In this document: positions 63,461 through 64,000 of the stretch, one piece after another | Layout: each line of letters begins with the position of its first letter | How positions within the stretch are numbered: the stretch's first letter is position 1 | Source: Bugula neritina | Lineage: Eukaryota; Animalia; Bryozoa | Assembly: GCA_964035545.1 (NCBI GenBank) | Contig: OZ037771.1 | Span: 9,045,408-9,109,407, forward strand | DNA length: 64,000 nucleotides | Direction of reading: 5' to 3' | The notes under the pieces: model-generated | Seen by the model: only the letters and a program-made list of their open reading frames with translations | Told to the model about the DNA's origin: nothing | The model's database searches: none | Position numbers and translations under genes: made by a program

Positions 63461-63820
63461 ATGCTGTAGTAATATATTCTATACTGTAGTAATATATTCT
63501 ATGCTGTAATAATATATCTTATGCTGTAGTAATATATTCTATACTGTAGTAATATTTTCTATACTGTAGTAATATTTTCTATACTGTAGTAATATTTTCT
63601 GTACTGTAGTAATATATTCTATGCTGTAGTAATATATTCTATGCTGTAGTAATATATTCTATGCTGTAGTAATACATTCAATACTGTAGTAATATATTCT
63701 ATGCTGTAGTAATATTTTCTGTACTGTAGTAATATATTCTATGCTGTAGTAATATTTTCTGTACTGTAGTAATACATTCAATACTGTAGTAATATATTCT
63801 ATGCCATAGTAATACATTCA
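63461..63820. repeat. 20-bp minisatellite (ATGCTGTAGTAATATATTCT)n
   Basis: 18 units in register. Confidence 0.95.
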
Positions 63821-64000
63821 GGCTGGATAGAATCGCTCCGCCTCAAGCTTTCTTATGATGCAAAAAGTGCTGGTAGCAGGAGTAGTAAGTCAAAGTTGGA
63901 AATTGATCAGTTTTGGCTAAAGTTATGTCTATTTCTTCCCACTTGTCAATCCCTATATGCAGACAAACAGCAAACTACAATTGTTTTGGCCCATAACAGT

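Overview
AT-rich, intron-containing genomic DNA from an invertebrate animal (taxon not determinable here). Host genes: a complete 10-exon DNAJC3/P58IPK (+, 3934-10049) with an ERSE-type element in its promoter; two paralogous two-coding-exon genes encoding large proteins with ankyrin-like helical N-termini and a C-terminal caspase (C14) domain that keeps the His-Gly and Cys catalytic motifs (-, 10468-13068 and 35392-37793); a 10-finger C2H2 zinc-finger gene (-, 40417-46501, 5' end unresolved); BAG2 (-, 54128-57264); and the first coding exons of an Aa_trans/SLC36-ANT-type amino-acid transporter (+, from 62035). The second caspase gene lies in a ~5.4 kb segmental duplicate that also carries intact copies of the last four DNAJC3 exons. 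Mobile DNA: an internally deleted tRNA-Leu-primed Gypsy (-, 230-2955); a full-length tRNA-Leu-primed Gypsy (+, 15382-25895, CTAT TSD) whose pol runs into an extra C2H2-finger/coiled-coil region split by a CACTA-like insertion; RTE LINEs; PIF, Sola-like and hAT MITEs; many micro/minisatellites. A complete minimal hammerhead ribozyme sits on the minus strand between TA microsatellites (26752-26798). Best candidates for new biology: the ANK-like caspase pair with a variable-length repeat beside the active site, the Gypsy accessory zinc-finger/zipper module, and the hammerhead island.
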